This document shows, piece after piece, positions 1 through 12,688 of a DNA stretch of 64,000 nt. The first letter of the stretch is position 1. Every line of letters starts with the position of its first letter. The DNA comes from Malacoraja senta. Taxonomy: Eukaryota. Made by a program: the position numbers and the translations under genes. Location of the stretch: positions 1 through 64,000 of the forward strand of contig JAXLNO010000599.1 of the NCBI GenBank assembly GCA_038087875.1, in the 5' to 3' direction. Under the pieces are notes generated by a model, which ran no database searches, was not told the origin of the DNA, and saw only the letters and a list, made by a program, of their open reading frames with translations.

Positions 1-716
1 CACACACATTAACCACCCCCCACACACACACACACAGCGGATTCGATCTAAGCTGTCAATGAAGACAGCAAATTTTTTTTTTTTAAGTCTCTTTGAAATT
101 AAAAGTTAATGTTAAGAATTAGTGATGTTAAGTGAGAAATAATTCAATTCAATTCAATGAAAAACAATGGAATCAACAATAATTAGTGGAGTTAAATTAG
201 AAACAATAAAATTCAATGCAATGAAAAAAGAAATAAACAGTGCTTTAATCCAAGCGGGGCCGGGCGGGGCCAGGAGGCAGCTGGGCCAGGTGCAAAGGCA
301 TTGTGAGGTCAGCAGCTGGGCAACCGTTATATATTTTTTTAAATGTCAGTTTAGTGATAAATTTTGGTAAATATCTCGGGAAATAATTGACCAAATTTAT
401 AGAGGATAGGATTTTTGAAATCATAAGGAAAATTTCTACCAGAAGATGTAAAAAACCCACTGTTATTGTAATGTCAGCAGCTAGGCAGCAATCAGATTTT
501 TTAAAAAGTTCAGATTGGTCAACAATTTTAATAAAAAAGTCGGGAAAATAATGTACGAAATGTACAAAATCTCTACTGAAATATGTAAAGATTTCCCATT
601 TTCGGCGTCTGGTTTTCGAGGAGATACGTTTCAAAGGCAAAATGACACACACACGCACGCACGCACGCACGCACGCACACGCATGCACACACAGTTTTAC
701 AAGTATATAGATAGAT
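1..716 (-). mobile_element. Probable 5' part of a non-autonomous Helitron-like element with CA/CACG microsatellites
   Basis: The minus strand at ~716-690 reads ATCTATCTATATACTTGTAAAAC followed by a microsatellite. This resembles the starts of the Helitron-like units at 13041-16654. The 3' end is not visible. Confidence 0.35.
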
Positions 717-745
717 ATGATATCAGGTGTCCCCACAACCTCTGG

Positions 746-2737
746 CATTCCAGACAAAACAAGCTAAGTCTGTCCAACTGCTCCCTGTAGCTAATAACCT
801 CTAATCCAGGCATCATTCTGGTAAACCACTGCACACTTTCCAAACCCTCCACATCCTTTCTATAATGTGGTGAACAGATCTACACTCTTACTCCAAATGC
901 AGCCTAACCGAAGTCCTATAAAGCAGCATCATGACTTTCTGACTCTTATACTCAATGTCCCAACCTATGAAAGCAAGCATACCATATGCCACCTATCAAT
1001 GTTGCCACTTTCAGGACTTGGACCCCAAGATCCCTCTGTACACAAATGCTGTTAAGGGTCATGCTATTAATTGTATGTTTTCCACTTACATTTGACCTCC
1101 CAAAGTGCAACACCTCACACTTGCTCAGATTTAACTCCATCTGCCATTTCTCTGCACATTTCTGTAGCTGCTCTATATCATGCTGTGTATTTTAACAGCC
1201 TTCCTTGTAGTCTGCAACTTACTGCAAACTTCCTAACCAACCTGTCTACATTTACATCCAAGTCATTTATATATAATCACAAACAGCAGAGGTCCCAGCA
1301 CAGATCCCTGCCGAACTCCACTGGTCACAAATCTCAAGCCTGAATATTGTCCCTCCACCACAACCCTGTCTTCCATCAGTAAGCCAGTTCCGAATCCATA
1401 CAACCAAGTCACTGTTAATTCCAAGCATCTTATTTCTCTGGATCAGCCTCCCATGGGGGACTTTATCAAAGGTCTTACTAAAATCCTTGTAGACAGCATT
1501 CAGCACCCTACTCCCATCAATCGCCTTCATCACCTCCTTAAAAAACTTGTCCGTTAGTAAGACACGATCTGCCATGTACAAAGACATGTTTATGTCCCCA
1601 ATTAACCAATTCTCCTTCAAATGGGAGTAAATCCTATCTGAAAGAATCCTCTCCAATAGCTTCCCTACACTGACACGAGGCTCACCAGTCTATAATTCCC
1701 TGGATTCTCTCTACTTCCATTCTTAAATAAAGGAAGGAACAACATTTGCTATTATCCAGTGATCTGGGAGCTTGTCCGTATCTAGAGAAGATGCAAAGAT
1801 TCTTCTCAAGGCTCCCATAATCTTCTCCATTCTCTCTCTCAGTGACCTGGGATAGATACCATTAGGTCCTGGTACCATTAGATTTATCCACCTTAATGCT
1901 CTTTTAGAACAAACACCTCCTCCTTCCAAATCTCAAACTGCCCTTGCATATTAGTATACTCCACACTGACGTCACTGCCCTCCATGTCCTTCTCCTTGGA
2001 GAAAACAGACGTAAAGTACTCATTTAGTACCTCAGATACATTTCCAGACTAAGCACATTTCCTTCATTATCCTTGAGCGGTCCCACCTTTTCCCTGGTTA
2101 CCCTCTTGTTTTTAATATAAGTATAAAAACGTTTGGGATTTTCCTTAATCTGACTGACCAAATACATTTTGTGGCCCCTTTTCACCCTTCTAATCACCCG
2201 CTTGAGTTCTTTCCTCCTCTCTTTTATATTCCTCAAAGGCCCTCTCTGATTCCAACCTCTTAAACCGTGCATCCTCTTCCTTTTTGACCAAATTTACCTT
2301 TTTGGTCATCCAAGGTTCCTTTGCCATACTTACCCCTCCTGCTTACTGGAACATGCCGGTTCTGAACTTCGATCAACTGACATATAAAAGACTCCCACAT
2401 CAGATGTGGACTTACCCAATAATAACTGCACCCAGTGTACTTTCCAGAGCTCCTACCTAGTAATGTTGTCGTTTGCTGTATTCTAATTTTGTACCTTCCC
2501 GCAAGGTCCAGCCGTCTCCCTATTCAAAACAATCTTAAAACTTATGGACTTGTGATCAACATCCCCAAAATGCTCTTCCACTGAAACATCTGGCAAGGCT
2601 TATTTTTCAACACAAGGTCCAGTGTGTTCTCTTCTCGAGCTAGACTATCCACATACTGTTTCAAGAAACCCTCTTGGATGCACCTCAAATTCTGCCTCAT
2701 CTAAGCCTTTGGCACAGTCAATATTGGGGAAATTAAA
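746..2737 (-). mobile_element. Old CR1-type LINE, decayed ORF2 (RT and endonuclease end)
   Basis: ORF fragments carry CR1 motifs (DFSKTFDKVPHGRL, KCEVLHFGRSN, KENPKRFYTYI). The same copy resumes at 6295-6340 and 7664-7945 after younger insertions. Confidence 0.9.
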
Positions 2738-2780
2738 GGTAGACAAAAGTGCTGGAGAAACCCAGCGGGCGCGGCAGCAT

Positions 2781-3683
2781 CTATGGAACGAAGGAAATAG
2801 GCAACGTTTCAGGCCGAAACCCTTCTTCAGACTGATGCAGGGGGGGGGAAGAAAAAAGGAAGACGAGGAACCAGAGGGCTGAGGGAGAGCTGGGAAGGGG
2901 AGGAGACAGCAAGGGGTACCGGAAATTGGAGAAGTCAATGTTCAAGCCGCTGGGGTGCAGACTGCCCAAGCAGAATATGAGGTGCTGCTCCTCCAATTTC
3001 TGGTGGTGCTCACTCTGGCCATGGAGGCGGCCCAGGACAGAAAGGTCGGATTCGGAATGGGAGGGGGAGTTGAAGTGCTGAGGCACAGGGAGATCAGGTT
3101 GGTTAATGCGGACCGAGCGGAGGTATTCGGCGAAACGATCGCCAAGCCTACTCTTGGTCTCACCGATGTAGATCAGCTGACATCTAGAGCAGCGGATGCA
3201 ATAGATGAGGTTGGAGGAAGTGCAGGTGAACCTCTGTCGCACCTGGAACGAATGCTTGGGTCCTTGAATGGAGTCGAGGGGGGAGGTAAAGCGACAAGTG
3301 TAGCATTTCTTGCGGTTGCAAGGGAAAGTGCCCGGGGAGGGGGTAGTACGGGAGGGAAGGGAAGAATTGACCAGGGAGTTACGGGGGGAGCGGTCTTTGC
3401 GGAAAGCAGACAGGGGGGGAGATGGGAAGATGTGGCGAGTGGTGGGGTCACGTTGGAGGTGGCGAAAATGATGGAGGACTATTTGCTGTATGTGATGGCT
3501 AGTGGGGTGGAAGGTGAAGACTAGGGGGACTCTGCCCTTGTTCCGAGTGGGGGGATGGGGAGAGAGAGCAGTGTTGTGGGGTATTGAAGAGACCCTGGTG
3601 GGAGCCTCATCTATAGTAGGGGAGGGGAACACCCGTTCCCTGAAGAATGAGGACATTTCCGATGCCCTGGTGTGGAACCTCAT
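2781..3683 (-). pseudogene. Penelope linker, Cys knuckle and GIY-YIG endonuclease
   Basis: CNRKKCYTC followed by CTSSNLIYCIRCSRCQLIYIGETK..LGDRFAE. Confidence 0.9.
2800..2836 (-). ncRNA. Minimal hammerhead-ribozyme-like motif in the Penelope pLTR
   Basis: The minus strand reads CTGAAGA-AGGG-TTTCGG-CCT-GAAACGTTG: CUGANGA core, short stem II, GAAA, and palindromic AACGTT. PLEs are known to carry such motifs. Confidence 0.6.
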
Positions 3684-4863
3684 CCTGGGAGCAGATGCGG
3701 CGTAGACGGAGGAATTGAGAATAGGGGATGGAGTCCTTACAGGAAGCAGGATGGGAAGAAGTGTAGTCTATATAGCCATGGGAGTCAGTGGGTTTATAGT
3801 GGATGTCGGCCAGAAGTCTATCACCTGCGATGGAGATAGTGAGGTCAAGAAATGGTAGGAAAGTGTTGGAAATGGTCCAGGTGTATTTCAGTGCCGGATG
3901 GAAGTTAGTGGTGAAGTTGATGAAGTCAGTGAGTTGTGTGTGGGTGCAGGAGGTAGCACCAATGCAATCGTCGATGTAGCAGAGGTAGAGGTCGGGGATG
4001 GGGCCCTGGTACGTCTCGAACAAGGATTGTTCGACGTACCCTACAAAGAGGCAGGCGTAGCTGTGGCCCATGCGCGTGCCCATAGCTACACCATGTATTT
4101 GGAGGAAATGGGAGGAGTCAAACGAAAAGTTATTAAGGGTAAGGACCAACTCCGCTAGGCGGAGGAGAGTATCTGTAGACAGGGATTGGTTGGTTCTCCG
4201 GTCGAGGAAGAACCGGAGGGCTTTGAGACCCTCCTGGTGGGGGATGGAGGTGTAGAGTGACAGGACGTCCATGGTGAAGATGAGGGGATGGGGGCCTAGA
4301 GAATGGAATGCCCGGAGACGACGGAGAGTGTCTGAGGTGTCGTGAACATAGGTCAGGATGGATTTAACCAGGGGGGATAGGATGGAGTCGAGGTATGTGG
4401 AAATAAGTTCGGTAGGGCACGAACAGTCAGAGACAATGGGTCCACCAGGACAGTCAGGTTTGTGGATTTTGGGGAGAAGGTAAAATCGGGCCATGCGGGG
4501 CTGGGGAACGATGAGGTTGGAGGCTTGGGAGGGCAGGGAACCGGAGTTGATGAAGTCAGTGATGGTGCTAGAGATAGTGGCCTGGTGCTCGTCAGTGGGG
4601 TTATGGTCCAGGGGTAAGTAGGAGGAGGTGTCTGAGAGTTGGCGCGTGGCCTCAGCCTTGTAGTGATCCATGCGCCAGACTACCATAGCACCTCCCTTGT
4701 CGGCGGGTTTGATAACCCAGTCTGGGTTCTTGCGGAGTGAGTCGATGGCTGTACGTTCAGGGGGGGAGAGGTTAGAGTGGAGAAGTTGAGGCAGTTGATG
4801 TCCCGCTGGCAGTTTTGAATAAAAAGGTCTAAAGCCGGAAGATGGCCATGAGTGGGGGTCCAA
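3607..4863 (-). pseudogene. Penelope reverse transcriptase domain, frameshifted from the endonuclease at ~3680
   Basis: Motifs IKPADKGGA, FYLLPKIHK, MDVLSLYTSIP, GVAMGT, YIDD and FLDL are typical of PLE RT. Confidence 0.9.
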
Positions 4864-5539
4864 GAGGAGGGGGTCCGTTGGAGACGGGACAAGGGATTAA
4901 CAATGGGGGGCGAGGACTCATTCCCATGGAAGAACGCTGTGAGGCGGAGGCGAGACGGTAGAAGAGCTCCAAGTCGTGGCGGGCGCGGAACTCATTGAGG
5001 TGGGGACGGAGGGGAACGAAGGTAAGGCCTCTGCTGAGGATAGACCGTTCAGTATCAGAGAGGGGGAGGTCAGGGGGGATGGTGAACACACGGCAGGGAT
5101 GGGGGTTGGGGCCGGAGGAAGGCAGGTAAGTGGACTGAGGCCGAGGCGATGTCTGGTGGGGGGGGGGGTGGTGTGTGGTCAGGGAGGAGGGGTGCATGAA
5201 GACTGTAGTGTGGGTGGGGAAGAGCTGGGGTCACATGGTTTGAGGGGGATGGGGAAGACCCAGCAGAACAGCCACTGATGTTACCAGGGATTGGGCGACT
5301 AGCACTAGGACCCAGCGCAGTCAAATCCAGAGGAGTGGGAGTCTGCAGCATGGAAGCTTGATGCCCGGTGCTGAGTCCAGGCTGCAGGTAAGGTGACGGC
5401 TGCGGGCTGCTGGAGGGCGGTGGAGTGGCAAGGGTCGCTGGAATCGATGGTGGGAGTCCGCGGGGAATAGAGTCCGGGTCAACGGGCGAAGTGTGGGAGG
5501 TCCCGGTGGGCAGATGGTCAGTGGAGCGATGAGGTTTGA

Positions 5540-5730
5540 CGGGTGCAGTGCGGCGGCCATGTTCAGTGGGTCATGTGCAGCGGCCATGTTCGGTGGGTCC
5601 GGTGCGGCGGCCATGTTCGGTGGGTCCGGTGCGGCGGCGGTGTTCGATGGGCACAGTGAGGCGGCGGGGTGAGTAGGCCCCGGTGTGGCGGCGAGGTGGT
5701 TAGGCCCGAGTGGGGCGGCGAGGTTAGGTG
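5540..5730 (-). repeat. ~27-bp in-frame GC-rich tandem repeat in the Penelope N-terminal region
   Basis: Translates as repeated (P/L)(P/S)NMAAAPD-like 9-aa units in ORF 5321..6202. Confidence 0.75.
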
Positions 5731-6340
5731 GTCCTGGTGGGCGGCAGGTTTCGGCGGTCGCGTTATGGTGGCGATAGTCGGAGGAATAGGGGAGGGGGAG
5801 ATAGTAAGAGTTACCGGTGAGGCAGTGAGGCTGGGCGTCATTGGTAGGCAGGTGAAGGTCGGCGGCAGCATCGACGTGGAGGTCGGCGAAAGCGGCATCC
5901 TGGTGAGTGCTGGACCTGCTCCTCGTGCCCAAGATGGCGTTGTGGGACTCGGGCAGGCGGCGTGGGCCAGCATTGGGGCCCGGAGCCTGCAGGCGGTCGA
6001 GTCGCGGGGTGTCGGTGGCAGGAGCGGCCTGGAGGTGGGCTAGTTGCAGGTCCTTGGTGGAGTTAAGGTGGGCCAGGACTCGTTGATTGAAGACATGGAT
6101 CTTCCGGCGGATGATGTAGACTTGGGCTCCGTTGCAGGTCTGAGTGAGTGAGGCCCGAAGTTTCGGGAGAATCAAAGCGAGGTCCTGCTGGTGCCGGCGC
6201 ATTGCAGTCAGAGTAGATCTCAGTGCCCGGAAGGAGAATTGCTGTGTATGGCGGCAGATAGCCAGTTGGTATCGACTTAGTGGAGGAAATTAAAATCACC
6301 CATTAAGACAAAGCTGTTGCTGCAGCATCTTTCAGTAATA

Positions 6341-7663
6341 ACCATATAACCATATAACCATATAACCATAACAGCACGGAAACAGGCCATCTCGGCCCTT
6401 TAAGTCCGTGCCGAACATTTAAATTTTTTTTTTTTTTTTTAATTAAAAATAAATACTTCCTCCTAGTCCCATCTACCTGCACTCAGACCATAACCCTCCA
6501 TTCCTTTCCCGTCCATATACCCATCCAATCTATTTTTAAAGGATAACATCGAACCTGCCTCCACCACTTCCACTGGAAGCTCATTCCACACAGCTACCAC
6601 TCTCTGAGTAAAGAAGTTCCCCCTAATGTTCCCCCTAAACTTCTGTCCCTTAATTCTCAAGTCATGTCCCCTTGTTTGAATCTTCCCTACTCTCAATGGG
6701 AAAAGCTTATCCACGTCCACTCTGTCTAACCCGCTCATAATTTTAAAGACTTCTATCAAGTCCCCTCTTAACCTTCTGCGCTCCAAAGAATAAAGACCTA
6801 ACTTGTTCAACCTTTCTCTGTAACTTAGTTGCTGAAACCCAGGCAACATTCTAGTAAATCTCCTCTGTACTCTCTCTATTTTGTTGACATCCTTCCTATA
6901 ATTAGGCGACCAAAATTGTACTCCATACTCCAGAATTGGCCTCACCAATGCCTTGTACAATTTTAACATTACATCCCAACTTCTATATTCAATGCTCTGA
7001 TTTATAAAGGCCAGCACACCAAAAGCTTTCTTTACCACCCTATCTACATGAGATTCCACCTTCAGGGAACTATGCACAGTTATTCCTAGATCCCTCTGTT
7101 CAACTGCATTCCTCAATTCGCTACCATTTACCGTGTACGTCCTATTTTGATTTGTCCTGCCGAGATGTAGCACCTCACATTTGTCAGCATTAAACTCCAT
7201 CTGCCATCTTTCAGCCCACTCTTCCAAATGGCCTAAATCTCTCTGTAGACTTTGAAAATCTACTTCATTATCCACAACACCACCTATCTTAGTATCATCT
7301 GCATACTTACTAATCCAATTTTCCACACCTTCATCCAGATCATTGATGTACATGACAAACAACAGTGGACCCAACACAGACCCCTGAGGCACCCCACTCG
7401 TCACCGGCCTCCAACCTGACAAACAGCCATCCACCATTACTCTCTGGCATCTCCCATTCAGCCACTGTTGAATCCATCTTGCTACTCCACCATTAATACC
7501 CAACAATTGAATCTTCTTAACCAACCTTCCATGAGGAACCTTGTCAAAGGCCTTACTGAAGTCCATATAGACAACATCCACTGCTTTACCCTCATCAATT
7601 TCCCTAGTAACCTCTTCAAAAAATTCAAGAAGATTAGTCAAGCATGACCTTCCAGGCACTAAT
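6341..7663 (-). mobile_element. Young 5'-truncated CR1 LINE with uninterrupted RT C-terminal frame
   Basis: 402-aa open frame (GVPQGSVLGP, KYADD, RRRLRGDLIE) and an (ACCATATA)n tail at 6338-6370. Inserted into the older CR1. Confidence 0.93.
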
Positions 7664-7945
7664 CTGTCCACATATCTGTTATTCTATCTCCTACTTTCTA
7701 TTTGGGGGCCAATAGTACAATCGCATTGGAGTGTTTGCACCTTTCTTATTTCCAAGCTCTACCCTAATTGCCTCAGCGGACAAATACTCTGATCACCACC
7801 ATGACAGTCTCCTTGATTAGTGGCGCGATTCTTCCAGTTCTTTTGCCTCCCTGTCGATCAATTCTGAAACATCAAAATCGCCGAATATTGAGCTGCCAGG
7901 TGTGTCCCTCTTGCAACCACATATCTACAATGGCCACAACATCAT

Positions 7946-9871
7946 TGTTGGAGTCATTAAGCTTAAGTTAGTTTATTATAGTCATGTCTAGTTACCTTTA
8001 ATTATCAATTGCCTGTGTTAATGTGGGTGGGATTTTATATGTAGTCTGGGGCATGTTTTTGGCTAGAGGATTCTGGCGCAGACTCTCAGATGATTAGTTT
8101 TAGTTTGATGTCGAGGCCATGGGAGGAAACAGTTTTCCACCATGAATTCAATCGGGCATGATTGGGACATATATATGTTGTCAGACGATGTACTTTTACA
8201 AGAGGTTTTTATGATTTATAATGACATGAATGGAACAACGATTAAGAACGGAAAGTTATGAGTTATTTCTATGTTTTGTATTATTACAATAAAGAAAGTA
8301 TTAATTAAGAGACTACTTCTGGTAGGTTCATCTTTGCTGTTTCAAATTTGTCGTGGAGTACGTGAGACTACTTTTCTAATCATACCCGACAAATTAGTGG
8401 CTATCGAAGGTTGAACTTTGAGACGTTGTAAAAACCGCCGCTACATTTAAATAGAAAACTCGTTACTACAGAAGAGTAGGAGCAAAAGACTGATTCAACA
8501 GTGAATCGAAGAAGCTGGATCTCTGCCAGATATTACAGCCTGAATCCTGGAAGAAGAAAAGACACGGTTGAACGCTTGGGTCATCGGAAGAAGGAAGACT
8601 TCATTCACCGAGGGAGGGGCCGTGAGTAAGAATCGATTGCTTGCCATATATGAGAAATATCAGAAGTTTGTCTGAAAACCTGTAAAGGGTTCTGCAAAAG
8701 TTTAAAGAATGCAGTCAGAAGCATGTTTTCATTTACGAAGATAACAACTAGCGCTGAGCAGACTGACCTTGAGAAAGCTCAGCTTTAATTGATGTTTTGC
8801 ATTTTGACAAGATAAGATGTGCTCAGTTAACGAATGTTTACAAGATACTGGCAAAAGAATCCAAAATCTTGACAAATATTGATGTGTTTTCAAGAGCCAC
8901 TCAGTTTGTTTTGAATTCCCGTGAATGTTTAAAAGAACACAGCGATGATACACTCAGTTATGGATCTTTCGACAGGTAAGTATGAAGAATCACCACCAGA
9001 GGGAGGTGTGGATCCAGAAGAGAGAAGATATGGAAAGAGAGAAACCAAGCGCAATGAAAAGGGAGAAGCAGCCTACCTGGAAAGATGTGAGATGGATAGA
9101 GACAAGTTATGGAAGCAGATGATCAAGAAAAGTTCCATAATAGGAATGTACCTAGCAGTACCATAATAGCAGTACCTAAATCGAACCCACAGCCCAAGCC
9201 ACTCTGATCTCACGACTGGGTGGGCAGTCGGCGAAACTTCATTTCAGTAACAAGGAGCTAGAAAGAAGCAAATAACTTTTGGGCTGTCAGTTGAGACTCG
9301 TAATAAGCCGGTGACACAGTACTCTTCTCAGAGGCCTGTTTTTGATCCATTTGGTTATGGGACTCGTGACAAAACTTACCCAGACCAGTACTCTTCTCAG
9401 AGGCCTGTTTACCATTCCTCTGAGTCCAATGAGGGATTTAAACAAGACATTTGTGAATTGGTGAGGAATCAAATGAGAATTTGCGAGTTTCTAGCTCAAC
9501 ATAATATCTCTTCCACTTTACCTCCAATGGAAATTCCTAAGTACGACGGTGATCCTTTGCAATATGAAACTTTCAGAGACCAGTTCGTGGAAGGAGTGGA
9601 AATGAAAACTACTAATGAAAGAGATCGCTTACAATTTCTGGAGCACTACACAAGCGGATATCCAAAGCAGCTTGTTGGAGGTTGTCGGAATTTGCCTGCA
9701 GGTGAGGGCTATCGAAATGCAAGAGAATTGCTCAGGGAACATTTTGGTAACGAACACCAGATTGCTAATGCATACATGAAGAAGGCCTATGCTTGGACAG
9801 CTATCAAGGCAGAAGACACAAAAGCATTGCGTGAGTTTGCGATATTTCTTAGAAGTTGTTGTAGCTTGTAA
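7946..9871 (+). mobile_element. BEL/Pao LTR retrotransposon fragment: 5' LTR (~7946-8391) plus gag remnant
   Basis: TGTTGG...CCGACA-bounded segment sharing ATGTGGGTGGGATTT and ACAATAAAGAAA with the LTR at 33749. ORF 9311-9871 has EIPKYDGDPLQY and RLQFLEHYTSG (BEL gag) and is homologous to 36130-36449. Confidence 0.8.
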
Positions 9872-12250
9872 TGTATTCAAACTTTACAATGTATACTGCT
9901 CTCCTTTTTTAAAGAATTAAATCTAAGTACTCAGTTACAATTTTGTTGTGATACTTGATTTAAACCAGTATTTATGAAATCTTAAATGATAAACATAATA
10001 TATTTATTTTACATATCTACACATTTTCATTTTACTTATACAGTGAGTTACTTAACTTACAAACCTTACTTTCAGGACTTATCTGGACTTACCTTGTCTA
10101 AACATCTGGACGCCCGCAGCGACGGCTGCGGAGGGTTGAGGTCCCGACCACGGGGGAAAATGGTGGAGGACTGGCCAAATTTTGTGCCTTCCACCACAGT
10201 GATGAATGCTGTGGTGGATGTTTGTGTTACATTTTTATTGTGTATTGTGTGTTCTTTATCATTGTACCGCTGCCGGCAAATTCATTTCACTTGTACTTTA
10301 TGTGCAATGTGATGAATAAAACCGTATTGTATTGTATTGTAACCTAATCTGACTACTGGTTTACGGATCCTGCCTGATCGTCTAACAGTAACAGGTGTAA
10401 CAGGTGTAGGTGTTGACTCAACTGTAGGCTTGTTTGGCTCTGTTTTAGTACCCTGACTTTGACCAGAGGAATCTGTTTATTTGTCTGTACTAACTGAACT
10501 TTGTGTTTCAATCACAGTGGTCTCTTCCAACTCACTTTCAGATAAAAACTCAGAGATTAGGACTTCATGCTCAGTTTTTGGTTCATCTTTGGCTGGAATC
10601 ATTTGATCAACATGAACACTTTTGATCCTATCTCCAACTTCAACTAAGTATCTCTTTGTTCCACACACTTCCACTATTTTCCCAACATCCCATTTGTCTC
10701 GACTGGACGTTGGGAGGACTGGGAACACGAACCTGCTCATCTGACTTGAAGTACCCCTCCTTTTTGTGGGAGTCAAAATGGTGTTTTTGACTTAACTGTT
10801 TTTGCTCAACTCTCAAGGTCAAATTGGGTCGAACCAGACTTAGGTGTATTCTTAGCCTTCTCGTCATCAACAGTTCTGCAGGTGAATAACCTGTTGTTGT
10901 GTGTTGTGTGGTTCTGTACTTCAGCAAGAAACTAGCCAAACGATGTTTCATGCTGAGCTTTGAACTACCCTGCAAAACCTGTTTCTTGAGAGCATCTTTG
11001 ACAACTCTAACAGACATTTCTGCCACCCCGTTAGAGGCTGGATGGTATGAGGGAACAAGTATGTGTTTTACACCATTCCGCTGCATGAACTCATTGAACC
11101 CTTCTGAACGAAACTGAGGCCTGTTATCTGAAACAAGTTCTTCTGGTAAACCATGGCATGCAAAAATGGATCTCAACTCATCTATGGTACACTCAGTAGT
11201 AGTGCTTGACCCCATATGCTTAACCTCAATCCATTTGGAATGACTATCTACTAGTACCAGAAAATGATCATTACCCTTTTCACAAAAATCGACATGAACT
11301 CTCTGAAAAGGTCTATTTGGCCATGACCAGGGTTGCAGTGGTGTTTTTGGTGGTTTACTCCAGCAATTTTGGCAAACACTACATTTTCTCACCAGTGACT
11401 CGATGTCACTGTCAATACCAGGCCAATAAACAAAACTTCTGGCAATTGACTTCATGCTTACTATGCCAGGATGTTCGGCATGAAGTTTGTTCATAATTTT
11501 GTTTTTCAAAGACTCTGGTACAAACACTCTGTAACCCCACTTAATGCATCCCTGCTCACATGATAATTCATGGTGTCGATTATGGAAAGGCTTCAGCTCT
11601 GAGTTTAGAACTGAGTTCAATCCACTATCGATTTCAGTCCAACCATTCAATGTCTGTTCATAAACCCACTTCAGCACAGTGTTTTTCTCTGTTTCTGCTG
11701 CAATTTCTGTTGCAGTCACTGGAATGTTTTCATCTACAACTTGCAGTGTGTAGATTGAGTTCTCACTTCCCACTTCAGAGTTCTCATGGGGCAACCGGGA
11801 CAACGCATCTGCAATGGCGTAGCACTTGGAGCTTCTGTACTCAACCTGGTAGTCATACTGGGACAGCAAAATTGTCCAGCGCTGTATCCTTGATGCCGCC
11901 ATGGAAGGTACCAAGTATCACTAATAGTGGCTTGTGATCAGTTACTAGGGTGAATGGTCTGCCGAGAAGAAACTGATGGAATTTCTTGATTCCGAACACG
12001 ATGCTGAGTGCTTCCTTTTCTATCTGTGCATAATTACGCTCACTCAGTGATAGGGTGCGGGATGCAAAAACAATAGGCTTTTCCTGTCCGTCATTCATTA
12101 CGTGGGAGATCACTGCACCTACACCATAACTTGAAGCATCACAAGCAAGTTTCATCTCGCATGTCGTATTGTAGTGAACAAGGAGTTTGTCACTTGTCAA
12201 GTTTTCCTTGCAAATGCCATATGCACGTTACTGTTCCTTTCCCCGTCCAT
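9872..12250 (-). mobile_element. Gypsy/Ty3 LTR retrotransposon fragment: RNase H and integrase
   Basis: LACDASSYGVGAVISH, YAQIEKEAL, H..HPGI...C..C zinc finger, RVHVDF, LVSDN, YHPASNGVAE. PPT-like AAAAAAAGGAGAG on the minus strand near 9899-9911. Confidence 0.9.
10068..10340 (+). mobile_element. Non-LTR retroelement 3' tail with AATAAA and (TATTG)n, inserted at the end of the Gypsy integrase
   Basis: The same tail recurs at ~25930-25997. AACCT is present on both sides of the insert. Confidence 0.6.
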
Positions 12251-12688
12251 TTCATAGGTTTTGTTTTCCAATATATTTGAATAGACGATTTGACGGGTTT
12301 AAATTCCTTTCACAGGATATCTGAAGTATAATACAGCATATTTTCCCAAGAATTCGTACAGTAATTACTATCATGCGTGTTCTCTCCTTTATTAGAAAAT
12401 CTTCCAATTCTTTGCAGGTAATAACACAATTTTCTCTTTTCAAAACAAATATATTTTAATTAAATACAGACTATGAAAGTTTATTTTTATAATGTACAGG
12501 AAATAACATTTTTGGTATCGCTTTAAGCTTATTTATCCTCTCTTGTGTTTTCTGTCAGTCAAGAATTTATTGCTATTGATGAGAATAAAAATGATTATCC
12601 TTATTAAAAGAATCAGAAGCACTTGCAATGTCACAGCATTGGGAATAACAATAAAATAAATTAGAGTCAAAGGAGTTTTATTGTCATA

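Larger units (their letters stand above)
2738..6284 (-). mobile_element. Penelope-like retroelement (probably Neptune-type), 5' truncated and frameshifted
   Basis: RT plus C-terminal GIY-YIG endonuclease, with a pLTR-type 3' end. Flanked by a 10-bp direct repeat GGAAATTAAA (2728-2737, 6285-6294); removing the insert restores the host CR1. Confidence 0.92.

Noticed and set aside
2955..3524. Antisense ORFs over TE coding regions (also 26885-27346, 28135-28719, 50048-50599)
   Set aside because: These are shadow frames of the real TE ORFs with no independent motifs.
2781..4863. Programmed frameshift or selenocysteine recoding in the Penelope ORF
   Set aside because: The RT/EN break looks like a simple 1-nt indel among other lesions. 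No slippery site or SECIS could be supported.
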